Below, in pieces: positions 40,589-50,485 of a stretch of 64,000 nt of DNA. Origin of the DNA: a bacterium (GTDB taxonomy: Bacteria; JAAXHH01); contig CBDAUD010000001.1 in the NCBI GenBank assembly GCA_965200485.1, positions 123,858-187,857 of the forward strand, read 5' to 3'. The notes beneath the pieces were generated by a model. The model was not told the origin of the DNA and made no database searches. It saw only the letters and a program-made list of their open reading frames with translations. Every line of letters starts with the position of its first letter. Within the stretch, counting starts at the first letter, position 1. A program made the position numbers and the translations under genes.

Positions 40589-41377
40589 TCATCCACTGGT
40601 TACCACGGTACCATAGACACTGTCTTCGGACGACAGTTCCTTCCGTAGCGTTTCCGGTCCCTGCCAGGCAATGATGCGGGCGCGGCGAACACCGTGCGAA
40701 AGGCATTCGAGGGCGGAGCGTACCTTGGGGATCATCCCACCCGTGATCTCGCCCGATTCAATCAGCGTGTCGGCCAGCGCGGGAGTAACCCGGCGAAGAG
40801 GTCGTCCATTCGAACGGTGGATCCCGGCCACGTCCGAAATGAACACGATGTCGTCGCAGGCCATCGCGCGGGCTATGTCCAGCGCGGCATGATCCGCGTT
40901 GACGTTGTAGGTCTCTCCGTTCGCGCCCCCTGAAACAGGCGAGACCACGGGTGTGACGCGGTTCGACGCGCAGAGATCGAGCAGGGCGGTGTTTACTTCG
41001 ACGATCTCCCCCACGAATCCGATGTCAACACCGTCCTCGCAGTACTTCACCGCCCGCAGCAAATCCATGTCCTTCCCGCTTACGCCGAGGGCGTTCACCC
41101 CGCAGCGCTGCAAGCGGGAGACCAACGCCTTGTTGACCTTGCCGGACAGGACCATTTCCACGATTTCGACCATGTCGCCGTCCGTGACCCGAAGTCCGTT
41201 TACGAAGGCGAACTCCTTGCCGAGCAACGCCAGGTGACGGCCGATCTCCGCGCCGCCGCCATGAACGATGATGGCCGACACATCCGGCATATCCCGCAAA
41301 TCGGCGGCCAACTCCTCGATTACGCCCGCCTGTTCAATGGTCGCGCCGCCGAGTTTTATCACAATGCTTCGTTCCAT
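40589..41377 (-). CDS. argB: Acetylglutamate kinase
   Basis: VIKLGG, VHGGGAEI, GLRVTD, NVNAD and GGMIPKV. Confidence 0.95.
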   Translation of the reverse strand: MERSIVIKLGGATIEQAGVIEELAADLRDMPDVSAIIVHGGGAEIGRHLALLGKEFAFVNGLRVTDGDMVEIVEMVLSGKVNKALVSRLQRCGVNALGVSGKDMDLLRAVKYCEDGVDIGFVGEIVEVNTALLDLCASNRVTPVVSPVSGGANGETYNVNADHAALDIARAMACDDIVFISDVAGIHRSNGRPLRRVTPALADTLIESGEITGGMIPKVRSALECLSHGVRRARIIAWQGPETLRKELSSEDSVYGTVVTSG

Positions 41378-41405
41378 CGCGATCCCAATCGCATGTCATG
41401 CCGGG

Positions 41406-42425
41406 CTAGCGCAATCCCATGGTTTCGTCCAGGCCGTTCATGACGTTCACGTTCTGCAACGCCTGGCCCGCGGCGCCTTTGACCAGATTGTCGATAGCGG
41501 AAGTGACGATGGCCAGATTCGATCCATCGACCCGGTCGACGCGCAGATCGCAGTAATTCGTCCAGGTCACGAACCTTGTCTCCGGATAGCCCGTGCGCGA
41601 CAACCTGATGAAGGGCTCGTCTCCATAGCGCTTCGCGTACAGTGCGGCCAGATCTCTGTCGGCGGCTGCGTTCTTCAAGTGTACATAGGTCGTTGCGAGG
41701 ATACCCCGGCTCATTGGGGTCAGGTGCGGCGAAAAGACCACGTAGGGCTGTTGCCCGGAGAACCTGGAGAGTTCCTGTTCGATTTCTCCCACATGGCGGT
41801 GCGTATGACCGATGTTGTATGGCGTAATACTGTCATTCACCTCCACGTAGAGATTCCGCAATTTCAGACTCCGGCCCGCACCGCTGACGCCGGACTTGGC
41901 ATCCACGATGATCTGCCCGGCGTCGATGGCGTCCGCTTCGAGCAGCGGAACCAGCCCGAGAATCACGCCGGTGGGATAACAGCCCGGATTGCCCACGAGC
42001 ACGGCGGTCCGTATGCGCTCCCGGTTCAGTTCGGGGATCCCGTAGACCGCCGAAGAAAGAAGCGACGGCGCGGTGTGCGGGCGCTTGTACCAGGACGTGT
42101 ACACGTCTGGATCGTCGAACCGAAAATCGGAACTCACGTCCACAACGCGTATGCCCCGGTCCAGAAAGGTTCCGACCCGGTCCATGGCCACCCCGTCCGG
42201 CGTGCAGAAACAGACCACGTCCGCCCGGGCGCCGGTCACCTCATCCAGCCCGCGCAACGTGATGTGCCTGTCCGGATCAATCCGGGGGAAGACCGCTTCC
42301 AAGGGCTGCCCGCGGTATTGTTCCGACGTGGCAAAAACAACCTCGATGGCGGGATGACGCGACGCCAACCGGTACAATTCCATGCCGGTATACCCCGTCG
42401 CGCCAATGATGCCCAGTTTAATCAC
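41406..42425 (-). CDS. argC: N-acetyl-gamma-glutamyl-phosphate reductase
   Basis: GATGYTG, SSDFR, NPGCYPT, SGVSGAGR, HRHVGEI and DNLVKGAAGQA; GTG start. Confidence 0.95.
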   Translation of the reverse strand: MIKLGIIGATGYTGMELYRLASRHPAIEVVFATSEQYRGQPLEAVFPRIDPDRHITLRGLDEVTGARADVVCFCTPDGVAMDRVGTFLDRGIRVVDVSSDFRFDDPDVYTSWYKRPHTAPSLLSSAVYGIPELNRERIRTAVLVGNPGCYPTGVILGLVPLLEADAIDAGQIIVDAKSGVSGAGRSLKLRNLYVEVNDSITPYNIGHTHRHVGEIEQELSRFSGQQPYVVFSPHLTPMSRGILATTYVHLKNAAADRDLAALYAKRYGDEPFIRLSRTGYPETRFVTWTNYCDLRVDRVDGSNLAIVTSAIDNLVKGAAGQALQNVNVMNGLDETMGLR

Positions 42426-42448
42426 GTGCCTACCCTCTCTGTGACAAT

Positions 42449-42916
42449 TTACCTCTTCTGCTCCAAAATCAGCCTGATGCGTTTCAGCGTTTTTCCGGCC
42501 TGGACCGGCGACTTGGTGAGCAGAATTATCGTGTTCTCCCCTGCGACGCTGCCTACAATTTCCGGCCATTCGGCCCGATCGATCGCCTCGCACACACCCG
42601 ACGCATGACCGGCTGACGTTTTCAGGACCACCTGGTTCATGGCGTCTTCCGCGCTAACGACGAAATCCCGGATCTCGCGTTCGACCAGTTCGTCCCGGGT
42701 CTCCAGCGAATAGTAGCGTGGCAACACGTACCGGTACCGTCCGTCTGGGAGGCGCGTCTTGATCACGTTCAACTCCTTGAAATCCTTGGACAGCGTGCCC
42801 TGATTGGTGTCGATCCCTTCCGCGTGCAGCGCGGCAATCACCTCCTTGTGCGTGTGGAAGTGATCCCGGTCGATGAGTGATCGAATACTTCCCTGGCGCT
42901 GGCGCTTGGTGTTCAT
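42449..42916 (-). CDS. argR: Arginine repressor
   Basis: wHTH motif TNQGTLSKDFKEL, VVLKTSAGHA and VGSVAGENTI. Confidence 0.92.
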   Translation of the reverse strand: MNTKRQRQGSIRSLIDRDHFHTHKEVIAALHAEGIDTNQGTLSKDFKELNVIKTRLPDGRYRYVLPRYYSLETRDELVEREIRDFVVSAEDAMNQVVLKTSAGHASGVCEAIDRAEWPEIVGSVAGENTIILLTKSPVQAGKTLKRIRLILEQKR

Positions 42917-42927
42917 TTTTGGCCTGA

Positions 42928-42965
42928 TACGAATAAAAATCCCTGATTTGGAATGATTATTCCAA
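42928..42965. promoter_or_regulatory. Tandem ARG boxes (ArgR operator)
   Basis: TACGAATAAAAATCCCTG and the palindromic TTGGAATGATTATTCCAA, 2 nt apart, directly upstream of argR. Confidence 0.75.
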
Positions 42966-42979
42966 TCTGTTGTGGTCGC

Positions 42980-43007
42980 AATATAGGCGGGATTTCAGAC
43001 TCGTCAA
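42980..43007 (-). promoter_or_regulatory. Sigma70 promoter of the arg operon
   Basis: Minus strand TTGACG-N16-TATATT just upstream of the ARG boxes. Confidence 0.6.
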
Positions 43008-43102
43008 GGGAAACAGCTTTTATCGTCGCACTGCCTTGCCGGGAAAGTTCGGGGGGAAAGCGTTGCCACGGCATGCGAGACCACACCTTCGGACTGCCCG
43101 GC

Positions 43103-43594
43103 CTATCCGGGATGCTCCCATCCCGGTCGCCTGAACACGCCCGACCTGCCGCCCTGCTTCTCCACCAGCAGGATAGAGGCGATCTCCATGGTGCGGTCCA
43201 CGGCTTTGCACATGTCGTAGATGGTCAGCGCGGTCGCGGAGACGGCCGTCAGGGCTTCCATCTCCACGCCGGTCCTGCCGGACGCGACGGCCGTGGCCAG
43301 GATGCCGACACTGCCCCGGTCCTCGTTCAGCGCGATCTCGATGTCCACGTGCGTCAGCGGGACGGGATGGCACATCGGAACAAGGTCGCCCGTCCGCTTT
43401 GCCGCCGAGATACCCGCGATCTTCGCGGTGGTCAGCACGTCGCCCTTGCCCATCTCGTCGGCGGAGATTCTCCGAATCGTTTCAGCCAGGGATCTGACCT
43501 CGCCGTAGGCTGTCGCCCGCCTTTCCGTTACCGGTTTTTCCGTCACGTCCACCATGCGGACGCGTCCCCGTTTATCGAGATGCGTGAGGTCCAT
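43103..43594 (-). CDS. moaC: Cyclic pyranopterin monophosphate synthase MoaC
   Basis: LTHLD...MVDVTEK, KGDVL, PMCHP, TGVEMEALTA and TIYDMCKAVD. Confidence 0.97.
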   Translation of the reverse strand: MDLTHLDKRGRVRMVDVTEKPVTERRATAYGEVRSLAETIRRISADEMGKGDVLTTAKIAGISAAKRTGDLVPMCHPVPLTHVDIEIALNEDRGSVGILATAVASGRTGVEMEALTAVSATALTIYDMCKAVDRTMEIASILLVEKQGGRSGVFRRPGWEHPG

Positions 43595-43739
43595 AACCTC
43601 TCCGTTGCAAGAATTTTCTTAAAAGGATCGACAGAGGCGGGGCCAGCGCCAGAGCCAAACCGGCCTCCACCAGGTTGCGCGGGAGCTCCGTCATCGCGGC
43701 GACGCCTCCGAACACCAGCGCGATTTGACACAGTAACAC
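43572..43739 (-). other. Possible 55-codon hydrophobic ORF or gene remnant
   Basis: GTG-started frame VLLCQIALVFGGVAAMTELPRNLVEAGLALALAPPLSILLRKFLQRRG..., below the ORF-track length cutoff; overlaps the moaC start. Confidence 0.3.
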
Positions 43740-43764
43740 ATCGCCTTGACTTCGGTTACGTCTC

Positions 43765-44202
43765 CTATCCCTGCCAGTGGTACAGCATCAGATACACCAG
43801 CACGCCGGTAACGGACACGTACAGCCAGATCGGCAGCGTCCACCTGGCCAGCGGCGCGTGGCGCTGGAAACGGCCCTTCCACGCGTGCCGCAGCGTCAAC
43901 ACGACCATGGGCGCCATGGCCGTCGCCAGGATCGTATGGCTGATGAGGATGGAGAAATAGACGTAGCGGGTCCATCCTTCGCCGGTGAATGGCGTGCTCC
44001 CGTGATAGAAATGGTAAATCAGATAGGTCGCGAGGAACAGGCTCGACGCCGCAACGGCGCCCAGCATGCAAGTCCGGTGCGCGGTGATCCTGCGTTTTCG
44101 GATATAGGCATAACCTGCGACCAGGAACGTTGCGCTGGTCGTGTTCAGACAGGCGTTCACAATGGGCAGGTCGGAGATCTCCAGCATGCCGAGCGGGCTC
44201 AC
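43765..44202 (-). CDS. DUF420 (YozB-like) membrane protein
   Basis: LPIVNACLN, HRTCM, FLATYLIYH, ILISHTILA and ARWTLPIWLYVSVTG. Confidence 0.88.
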   Translation of the reverse strand: MSPLGMLEISDLPIVNACLNTTSATFLVAGYAYIRKRRITAHRTCMLGAVAASSLFLATYLIYHFYHGSTPFTGEGWTRYVYFSILISHTILATAMAPMVVLTLRHAWKGRFQRHAPLARWTLPIWLYVSVTGVLVYLMLYHWQG

Positions 44203-44239
44203 CTCCCCTGTATTTCCGCGTTACGGTACGATGCCACAA

Positions 44240-45085
44240 CTACACCTTGTCATACGCCATCACGGAGAACTGAACCAGCAGGAACACCAGCGACGCAAAA
44301 AAGAGATTCCGCGCCGAGGCGTGTGTCCGGGTCACGGTCAGGTGGATGGCGAAAGCGAGCAGACCCATTCCGGCGGAGAAAGCCGCGTAGAAATACAGCG
44401 CTCCGGCGATGCCGATCAGCGTCGGGACCAGACTGAACGTGGTCAGGACCAGACAGTGGATCAGGATCTGCACGCTCGTGAACCGTCCATCGGGATCTAT
44501 GGCCGGCAATAGCTTAAAACCCGCGCGGGCATAGTCTTCCCGGAAAAGCCAGGCCAGCGCGAGGGCGTGGGGCATCTGCCACAGAAAGAGGATGGCGAAC
44601 AGCACGCCAGCCTCCAGCCCCAGTTCGTTGCGGGCGGCTGTCCAACCGGCCACCGGGGGCAACGCGCCCGGTATCGCGCCGAAAACGGTCGATAACGTGG
44701 TGCGGTGTTTTAGCGGCGTGTAGAGAAACAGGTAGGTGGCCGTGATCATTATAGTAACCAAACTGCTAAGCAGATTGATCACCAGGGCCAGGTAGAGCAC
44801 GCCCGCGGCGGTGATGGCCAAACCGAACCACAACACCTGGACCGGACGCAACCGGCCCATGGGGAGCGGCCGCTTTCGGGTCCGCAGCATCAACGCGTCC
44901 CGATCTCTCTCGATGAACTGATTAAGCGCGAGCGTTCCCCCGGCCGCCAAGGCGGTTCCGGCCAGCGCGTGAAACAAACGCAGCCAGTCCATCGTCCCTT
45001 CGGAACCCAGATAGAACCCCACGCAGGTGGTCAGCGCCACCATGGTGACAAGACCGGGCTTGGTTAATGCGATGAAGTCCTTCAT
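44240..45085 (-). CDS. cyoE: Protoheme IX farnesyltransferase (heme o synthase)
   Basis: LTKPG, NQFIERDRDALMLRTRKRPLP, YTPLK, GALPP, FLWQMPH and EDYARAG. Confidence 0.93.
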   Translation of the reverse strand: MKDFIALTKPGLVTMVALTTCVGFYLGSEGTMDWLRLFHALAGTALAAGGTLALNQFIERDRDALMLRTRKRPLPMGRLRPVQVLWFGLAITAAGVLYLALVINLLSSLVTIMITATYLFLYTPLKHRTTLSTVFGAIPGALPPVAGWTAARNELGLEAGVLFAILFLWQMPHALALAWLFREDYARAGFKLLPAIDPDGRFTSVQILIHCLVLTTFSLVPTLIGIAGALYFYAAFSAGMGLLAFAIHLTVTRTHASARNLFFASLVFLLVQFSVMAYDKV

Positions 45086-45093
45086 GGGCAGAT

Positions 45094-45594
45094 TCAGGCA
45101 GAGCCATTCAGGGTCAGCAGGATCAGGCCCAGCAGGATCGCCACGGCGAATAGCACCGCGCCCACGATGCCCGACGCTTTGGACTTGAATCCGATACTGC
45201 CGTCTGCAAGGACCCGGGGTTCCAGGAGCCTGACCGCATGGTGTACGATCAATGCGACTACGATCAGGAGCTTGACGGTCATCAGGGCTTCGTACCCGGG
45301 CGGAAGCAGCGCATATTGCGCCGGATCGGACGACATCGCCCGGGCAGCCAGGCCATCCATGATCCGGTTATAAAGACTGAACGAACCACTCACAACCAGG
45401 ATGATGATCGCGGTCCAGGACACCCGGCGAAAAACGGCGCCGGTTCTGCGCATGATTTCCACGCGTTCCTCCGATGCCCTCCCCGACCGGAGCGCCGGGA
45501 CAAGCGCGACCAGAATGTAGAAAAAACCACCCGCCCACAGTACAACGCCGAAAACATGCAGCCACATCCACAATATCTTCGTATCCAACAGCAT
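45094..45594 (-). CDS. CopD/DUF4149-like membrane protein
   Basis: WLHVFGVVLWAGG...PALR, LVVSG and KLLIV...HH; four TM helices. Confidence 0.65.
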   Translation of the reverse strand: MLLDTKILWMWLHVFGVVLWAGGFFYILVALVPALRSGRASEERVEIMRRTGAVFRRVSWTAIIILVVSGSFSLYNRIMDGLAARAMSSDPAQYALLPPGYEALMTVKLLIVVALIVHHAVRLLEPRVLADGSIGFKSKASGIVGAVLFAVAILLGLILLTLNGSA

Positions 45595-45775
45595 CTGCCG
45601 TCCTCCTCCCTTCCCGAGCAGGCAATGCAACAGCCGGATCGTCGCGCGTCGAGTTCAAGCGCCGGCCACACCGGCAATCGGCCTGGTCGACTCCTGCCAA
45701 AATGCCCGGATCGGACGGTAGCTGTCAATCAGTTTTTGGCTGCTCGCAAGGAGGTCCCACCGCGGCTGAAAGCAG

Positions 45776-45804
45776 TTGACACGATCCGTTCACGGGATTA
45801 AATA
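45776..45804 (+). promoter_or_regulatory. Putative sigma70 promoter of the ROK-peptidase-PPP cluster
   Basis: TTGACA-N17-TAAATA. Confidence 0.45.
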
Positions 45805-45853
45805 ACTGCATGCTTGCCGTAAGGCAGGAAAGCGCCTGCGAAGCCCGGAATTC

Positions 45854-46870
45854 ATGCGCTTACCCATGACTATGCCCCAGTCAGACCGAAACGCTCCGTA
45901 CCTCCTGGGCCATGACATAGGCGGCACCAAGCTGGCCGTGGTCATCGCGGACCGGGAAGGAAATATCCTCCACAAGGTCCGAAGGCCCACAGCGGCCGAA
46001 CGGGGTCCGGAAGCCGTGGTCGCGTCCCTGATCGATATGTCCCGCGAGGCCATGGCAAGCACTGCATTTGCCGTCGAAGAAATGGCCGGGATCGGGATCA
46101 GTTGCGGAGGACCGCTGGACACGAAGACGGGCGTGGTCTACGCGCCACCCAATTTGCCGGGCTGGGACGAAGTGCCGCTGAGGGCGTGGCTCGAAAGCGA
46201 AATGGCGCTGCCGGTCCACGTTGAGAACGACGCCAATGCCGGCGCCCTGGCGGAATGGACCTTCGGGGCAGGTCGGGGTTGCCGCCACATGGTGTACATG
46301 ACCATGAGTACCGGAATCGGGGGCGGCATCATACTCGACGGCAGGCTCTACCGCGGGCCGGGCGACACGGCCGGCGAAGTGGGACACATGACCATCGTCG
46401 AGAACGGACCCGCCTGCGGTTGCGGCAAGCGCGGCTGTCTGGAATCCCTGTGTTCGGGGCCGTCGATCGCCAGGAGGGCACGGGAGCGGTTACAAAAGCG
46501 GCCGGGATCCGCTATGGTCGATCTGGTTGACGGCGATGTTTCCCGCATTACGGCGGAAACCGTCATGGCGGCTGCCAGGAAAGGCGATCCCTGCGCACGG
46601 GAAATCGTGGACGAGACGGCCCGCTACATGGCCGTCGGACTGGGAAACATTGTGAATATCCTGAACCCGGAGATCGTCGTCATCGGCACCATTCTGGTCA
46701 AGGCCCGGGACCTGCTGATGGAACCCATCCGCGACTATCTCCGGCGCGAGACCTGGTCGCGAGTCTACGACACGGTGCGGGTCGTACCCGCTGGACTGGG
46801 CGACGCCGTGGGCGATCTCGCCGCCATCGCCGTAATCAGGCAAGCGGTTCAACCTGAAGGGAGCATATAG
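45854..46870 (+). CDS. ROK family sugar kinase (glucokinase-like)
   Basis: DIGGTK, ENDANAGALAE, STGIGGG and GEVGH...CGCGKRGCLE. Confidence 0.9.
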   Translation: MRLPMTMPQSDRNAPYLLGHDIGGTKLAVVIADREGNILHKVRRPTAAERGPEAVVASLIDMSREAMASTAFAVEEMAGIGISCGGPLDTKTGVVYAPPNLPGWDEVPLRAWLESEMALPVHVENDANAGALAEWTFGAGRGCRHMVYMTMSTGIGGGIILDGRLYRGPGDTAGEVGHMTIVENGPACGCGKRGCLESLCSGPSIARRARERLQKRPGSAMVDLVDGDVSRITAETVMAAARKGDPCAREIVDETARYMAVGLGNIVNILNPEIVVIGTILVKARDLLMEPIRDYLRRETWSRVYDTVRVVPAGLGDAVGDLAAIAVIRQAVQPEGSI

Positions 46871-46874
46871 GCCG

Positions 46875-48188
46875 TTGGACTGGAACGCAATGGGGCAGAA
46901 AGCCGTACGACTGCTGAGCGAGTACCTGCGAATCGACACGACGAATCCCCCCGGCAACGAGGGTCGCGCGACCGCCTTCCTCAGCCGTGTACTCTCTGAA
47001 GAAGGCATCGGCTGCCAGGTTTTCGAGTCCGCTCCGGGGCGCACCAATCTCTACGCGAGGCTGAAAGGGGACGGTTCGAAACGGCCCGTGGTCCTGCTGA
47101 GTCACAGCGATGTGGTGCCGGCCGACCGCCGATACTGGACCGTCGATCCTTTCGGCGGCGTGATCAGGGACGGTTACATCTGGGGGCGGGGTGCGCTCGA
47201 CATGAAGAACCTGGGCATCGCGGAGCTGGTGGCGTTTCTCGCGCTGCACCGGAATCATTTCCCATTGAAGCGAGACGTAATCCTTCTCGTCACTGCCGAT
47301 GAGGAAGCCGGAGGTTCGGCCGGCGCCGGCTGGATGGTCCAGCACCGCCCAGGGCTGGTCTCGGACGCGGAATATCTGATCAACGAAAGTGGCAAGGCAC
47401 GCCTGGAGAACGGCAGGGCCGTCTATTCCATCGACATCACGGAAAAATCGCCCTGCTGGATTCGTCTGGTTGCCCGCGGCGAACCGGGCCATGGTTCCCG
47501 TCCCAGGCCCAATTCCGCCGTTAACCGGCTCATCCGGGCCCTGAACGCGATCATGAAATACACGCCGCCGATCAAGGTGACGGATGCGGCTGCTTGCTAC
47601 TTCGAAGGCGTTGCGCATCTGCAGAACGAGAGATATCGCGAACACTTCAGGGACATCCGCGCCTCCGTACGGAACAAAAGGTTCCTGGCCGACCTGCTCC
47701 GGAACCCGCATCACGCGGCGATACTTCAGAACACCATCGCGATAACCATGTTGCAGGGCAGCGAGAAAATCAATATCATACCTCAGGCGGCAACAGCCGA
47801 GCTGGATTGCAGGCTGCTGCCCGAAGAGCGTCCGGAAGACTTCGTTCGGGCGTTGAGAACGGTAGTCGGTGACGACCGGATCGAAATGGAGACGACACTG
47901 AACTTCGGCAATTCGTCCTCACCCTTCGAGACGCCCCTCGTAGACGCGGTAAGGGCGGTCGTCTCCCGATACCATGCACAGGCGGAAGTCGTGCCGAACA
48001 TGCTCTCGGGCTTCACGGACAGCCATTATTTCCGCGACCTGGGGATTCGCTGCTACGGGTTCACGCCCTTTCTGTTGACCGACGAAGAACTTCGTCGCAT
48101 CCACGGCAACGACGAGCGCATCTCTGTGGAAAACATGGAACGAGGTCCGCGGTTGCTCTACGAAGTGATCGAAAAACTGTGCGATTGA
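46875..48188 (+). CDS. M20/M25/M40 family metallopeptidase (ArgE/DapE-like)
   Basis: SHSDVVPA, GRGALDMK, ADEEAGG, GHGS, TDSHYF and IHGNDERI. Confidence 0.9.
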   Translation: MDWNAMGQKAVRLLSEYLRIDTTNPPGNEGRATAFLSRVLSEEGIGCQVFESAPGRTNLYARLKGDGSKRPVVLLSHSDVVPADRRYWTVDPFGGVIRDGYIWGRGALDMKNLGIAELVAFLALHRNHFPLKRDVILLVTADEEAGGSAGAGWMVQHRPGLVSDAEYLINESGKARLENGRAVYSIDITEKSPCWIRLVARGEPGHGSRPRPNSAVNRLIRALNAIMKYTPPIKVTDAAACYFEGVAHLQNERYREHFRDIRASVRNKRFLADLLRNPHHAAILQNTIAITMLQGSEKINIIPQAATAELDCRLLPEERPEDFVRALRTVVGDDRIEMETTLNFGNSSSPFETPLVDAVRAVVSRYHAQAEVVPNMLSGFTDSHYFRDLGIRCYGFTPFLLTDEELRRIHGNDERISVENMERGPRLLYEVIEKLCD

Positions 48189-48210
48189 TTCCGTATTGAG
48201 GAGACGTGCC

Positions 48211-49173
48211 ATGGAAGCGATTCGAATTCACCAGTTCGGTGAACCAGACGTAATGAAACTCGAAACCTGTGCGGATCTTGAAGTAGGCGGCGGGCTGATC
48301 CTGGTGGACATACGAGCGGCCGGCGTAAACCCGGTGGATACCTATATTCGCGCGGGGACCTACGCCATGAAACCCAATCTGCCCTTCACGCCAGGCATGG
48401 ACGGCGCCGGCACCGTTGTCGCCGTCGGCGACGACACCGCCCACGTGGCGGTAGGCGACCGCGTATACCTGGCCGGCGCGCTTACAGGCTCCTACGCTTC
48501 CCAGGCGCTGTGCTCCGCGGACCAGGTGCATCCGCTGCCCGATAACGTTTCCTTCAAGCAGGGCGCGGGAGTATACATTCCCTATGCCACGGCCTGGCGC
48601 GGCCTCTTCCAGCGCGCGGCAGGCCGTGCCGGCGAAACAGTACTCGTTCATGGCGCCAGCGGCGGCGTGGGGATCGCGGCCGTACAGCTCGCGCGGGCTG
48701 CCGGCATGACGGTCGTCGGCACCGCCGGTTCGGAGCGGGGGCTGGCCCTGGTGGCGGAACAGGGCGCCCATCACGTGGTCAACCACAACGACGCCGACTA
48801 CACGAACCAGATCATGGAGATCACCGGTGGCCTGGGCGTCGACGTGATTCTGGAAATGCTGGCCAATGTCAATCTGGACAAGGACCTGAATCTGTTGGCC
48901 TATGGCGGCAGAGTGGTCGTCATCGGCAACAGGGGGGTCATCGAGATCAATCCCCGGGATGCCATGGCGCGTGACGCCAACATCCTGGGCATGGTCCTGC
49001 TGCTCGCTTCGCCGGAGGACCTTGCAGCCATCCATGCCGGGTTGTACGCCGGACTGGAGAACGGAACGCTCAACCCGGTGATCGGAACGGAGTTTCCCCT
49101 TACCGAGGCAGCCCGTGCCCATGTCGCCATAATGGAACCGGGCGCTTATGGAAAAACCGTCCTGATACCCTGA
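48211..49173 (+). CDS. NADPH:quinone reductase (zeta-crystallin-like MDR)
   Basis: AAGVNPVDTY, PFTPGMDGAG, HGASGGVG, EMLANVNL and GKTVL. Confidence 0.9.
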   Translation: MEAIRIHQFGEPDVMKLETCADLEVGGGLILVDIRAAGVNPVDTYIRAGTYAMKPNLPFTPGMDGAGTVVAVGDDTAHVAVGDRVYLAGALTGSYASQALCSADQVHPLPDNVSFKQGAGVYIPYATAWRGLFQRAAGRAGETVLVHGASGGVGIAAVQLARAAGMTVVGTAGSERGLALVAEQGAHHVVNHNDADYTNQIMEITGGLGVDVILEMLANVNLDKDLNLLAYGGRVVVIGNRGVIEINPRDAMARDANILGMVLLLASPEDLAAIHAGLYAGLENGTLNPVIGTEFPLTEAARAHVAIMEPGAYGKTVLIP

Positions 49174-49279
49174 GTCCGGGTTCAAACCGCGCATCGACAG
49201 TCCGGGAACGAACCGGGGGATCATGAACCGGCGCGAACCACGCGTTGAAGCCGCTATCCGGCGCACAAAGGAATCCGCC

Positions 49280-50407
49280 ATGGCTAATCCGCTCATCCAA
49301 CTCGCAGGCCACGGCCAGAGTTTCTGGCTGGACAACATCAGCCGCGATCTGATTGCTTCCGGCCGTTTGCAGAGACTGATCGGGGAAGACGGGTTGAAAG
49401 GGATAACCTCGAACCCGGCCATTTTTGAGAAAGCCATCGCCGGCAGTACCGATTACGACGCCGACATCCTGCGGATGGCGGCACAGGACCGGAACGCGGT
49501 GGAAATCTATGAAGCGCTTGCGATTTCAGACATACGGGATGCCGCCGACCAGTTGGCCGCGGTGTATGAATCCACCGATGGCGCTGATGGATACGTGAGT
49601 CTGGAAGTGTCCCCGGAGCTGGCGGACGACACCGACGGCACCGTCGCGGAGGCCAGACGACTCTGGGCGGCGGTGGAGCGCAGGAACGTCATGATCAAGG
49701 TGCCGGCGACCAGCGCAGGCATTCCCGCCATACGGCAGTTGATCGGCGGGGGCATGAACGTCAACGTGACGCTGCTTTTCTCCCGCGACGTGTACGAAAA
49801 GGTTGCCGAAGCCTATATCGGCGGTTTGGAAGACCGTCGCGCGGCCGGCGGATGCATCAGCGAGATCGCCAGTGTGGCGAGTTTCTTCATCAGCAGAATA
49901 GATACGCTGGCGGATACGCTGCTGGCAGAACGCGCGGCACAGTCAGCCGACCGGGCGGAACGCGCCCGCTTCCTGGACCTCGTCGGAAAAACCGCCATCG
50001 CCAACGGAAAGACGACCTACCAGCGGTACAAGACGCTCTACGCGACACCGCGCTGGAACGCGCTGGCGCGTCAGGGGGCCAGGACGCAGCGCCTCCTGTG
50101 GGCCAGCACGAGTACCAAGAATCCTGACTATCGGGACGTGCTGTACGTAGAAGAGTTGATCGGAAAAGACACCGTAAATACCCTGCCCGATGAAACTCTG
50201 CGCGCCTTCCGCGACCACGGGCGCCTTTCCGATACGCTGGAGGCGGATATCGGCGAAGCCAGATCGGTCATGGAAAACGTCGAAAAAGCCGGGATTTCAA
50301 TGGACCGGGTCGCGGAACAGCTCGTCGAAGAAGGGGTGAAGAAATTCGTGGACCCCTTCAAGAAATTGATAGACGCCATCGAACAGAAACGGTTACAGCC
50401 GGCCTGA
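49280..50407 (+). CDS. tal: Transaldolase (type 2)
   Basis: GQSFWLDNISR, GITSNPAIFEKA, VSLEVSP, MIKVPAT, NVTLLFS and QRLLWAST. Confidence 0.95.
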   Translation: MANPLIQLAGHGQSFWLDNISRDLIASGRLQRLIGEDGLKGITSNPAIFEKAIAGSTDYDADILRMAAQDRNAVEIYEALAISDIRDAADQLAAVYESTDGADGYVSLEVSPELADDTDGTVAEARRLWAAVERRNVMIKVPATSAGIPAIRQLIGGGMNVNVTLLFSRDVYEKVAEAYIGGLEDRRAAGGCISEIASVASFFISRIDTLADTLLAERAAQSADRAERARFLDLVGKTAIANGKTTYQRYKTLYATPRWNALARQGARTQRLLWASTSTKNPDYRDVLYVEELIGKDTVNTLPDETLRAFRDHGRLSDTLEADIGEARSVMENVEKAGISMDRVAEQLVEEGVKKFVDPFKKLIDAIEQKRLQPA

Positions 50408-50485
50408 TTTCCAGTTGAAATCGCGGCGCGGGACGCCAGCCTACCATGGTCAGACGCCGATGCGTCGGCGTCCGGAGAGGAATGT

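Noticed and set aside
43595-43764. Moco riboswitch upstream of moaC
   Set aside because: GC-rich pairings exist, but I could not match the conserved Moco RNA elements; an Rfam cmscan would settle it.
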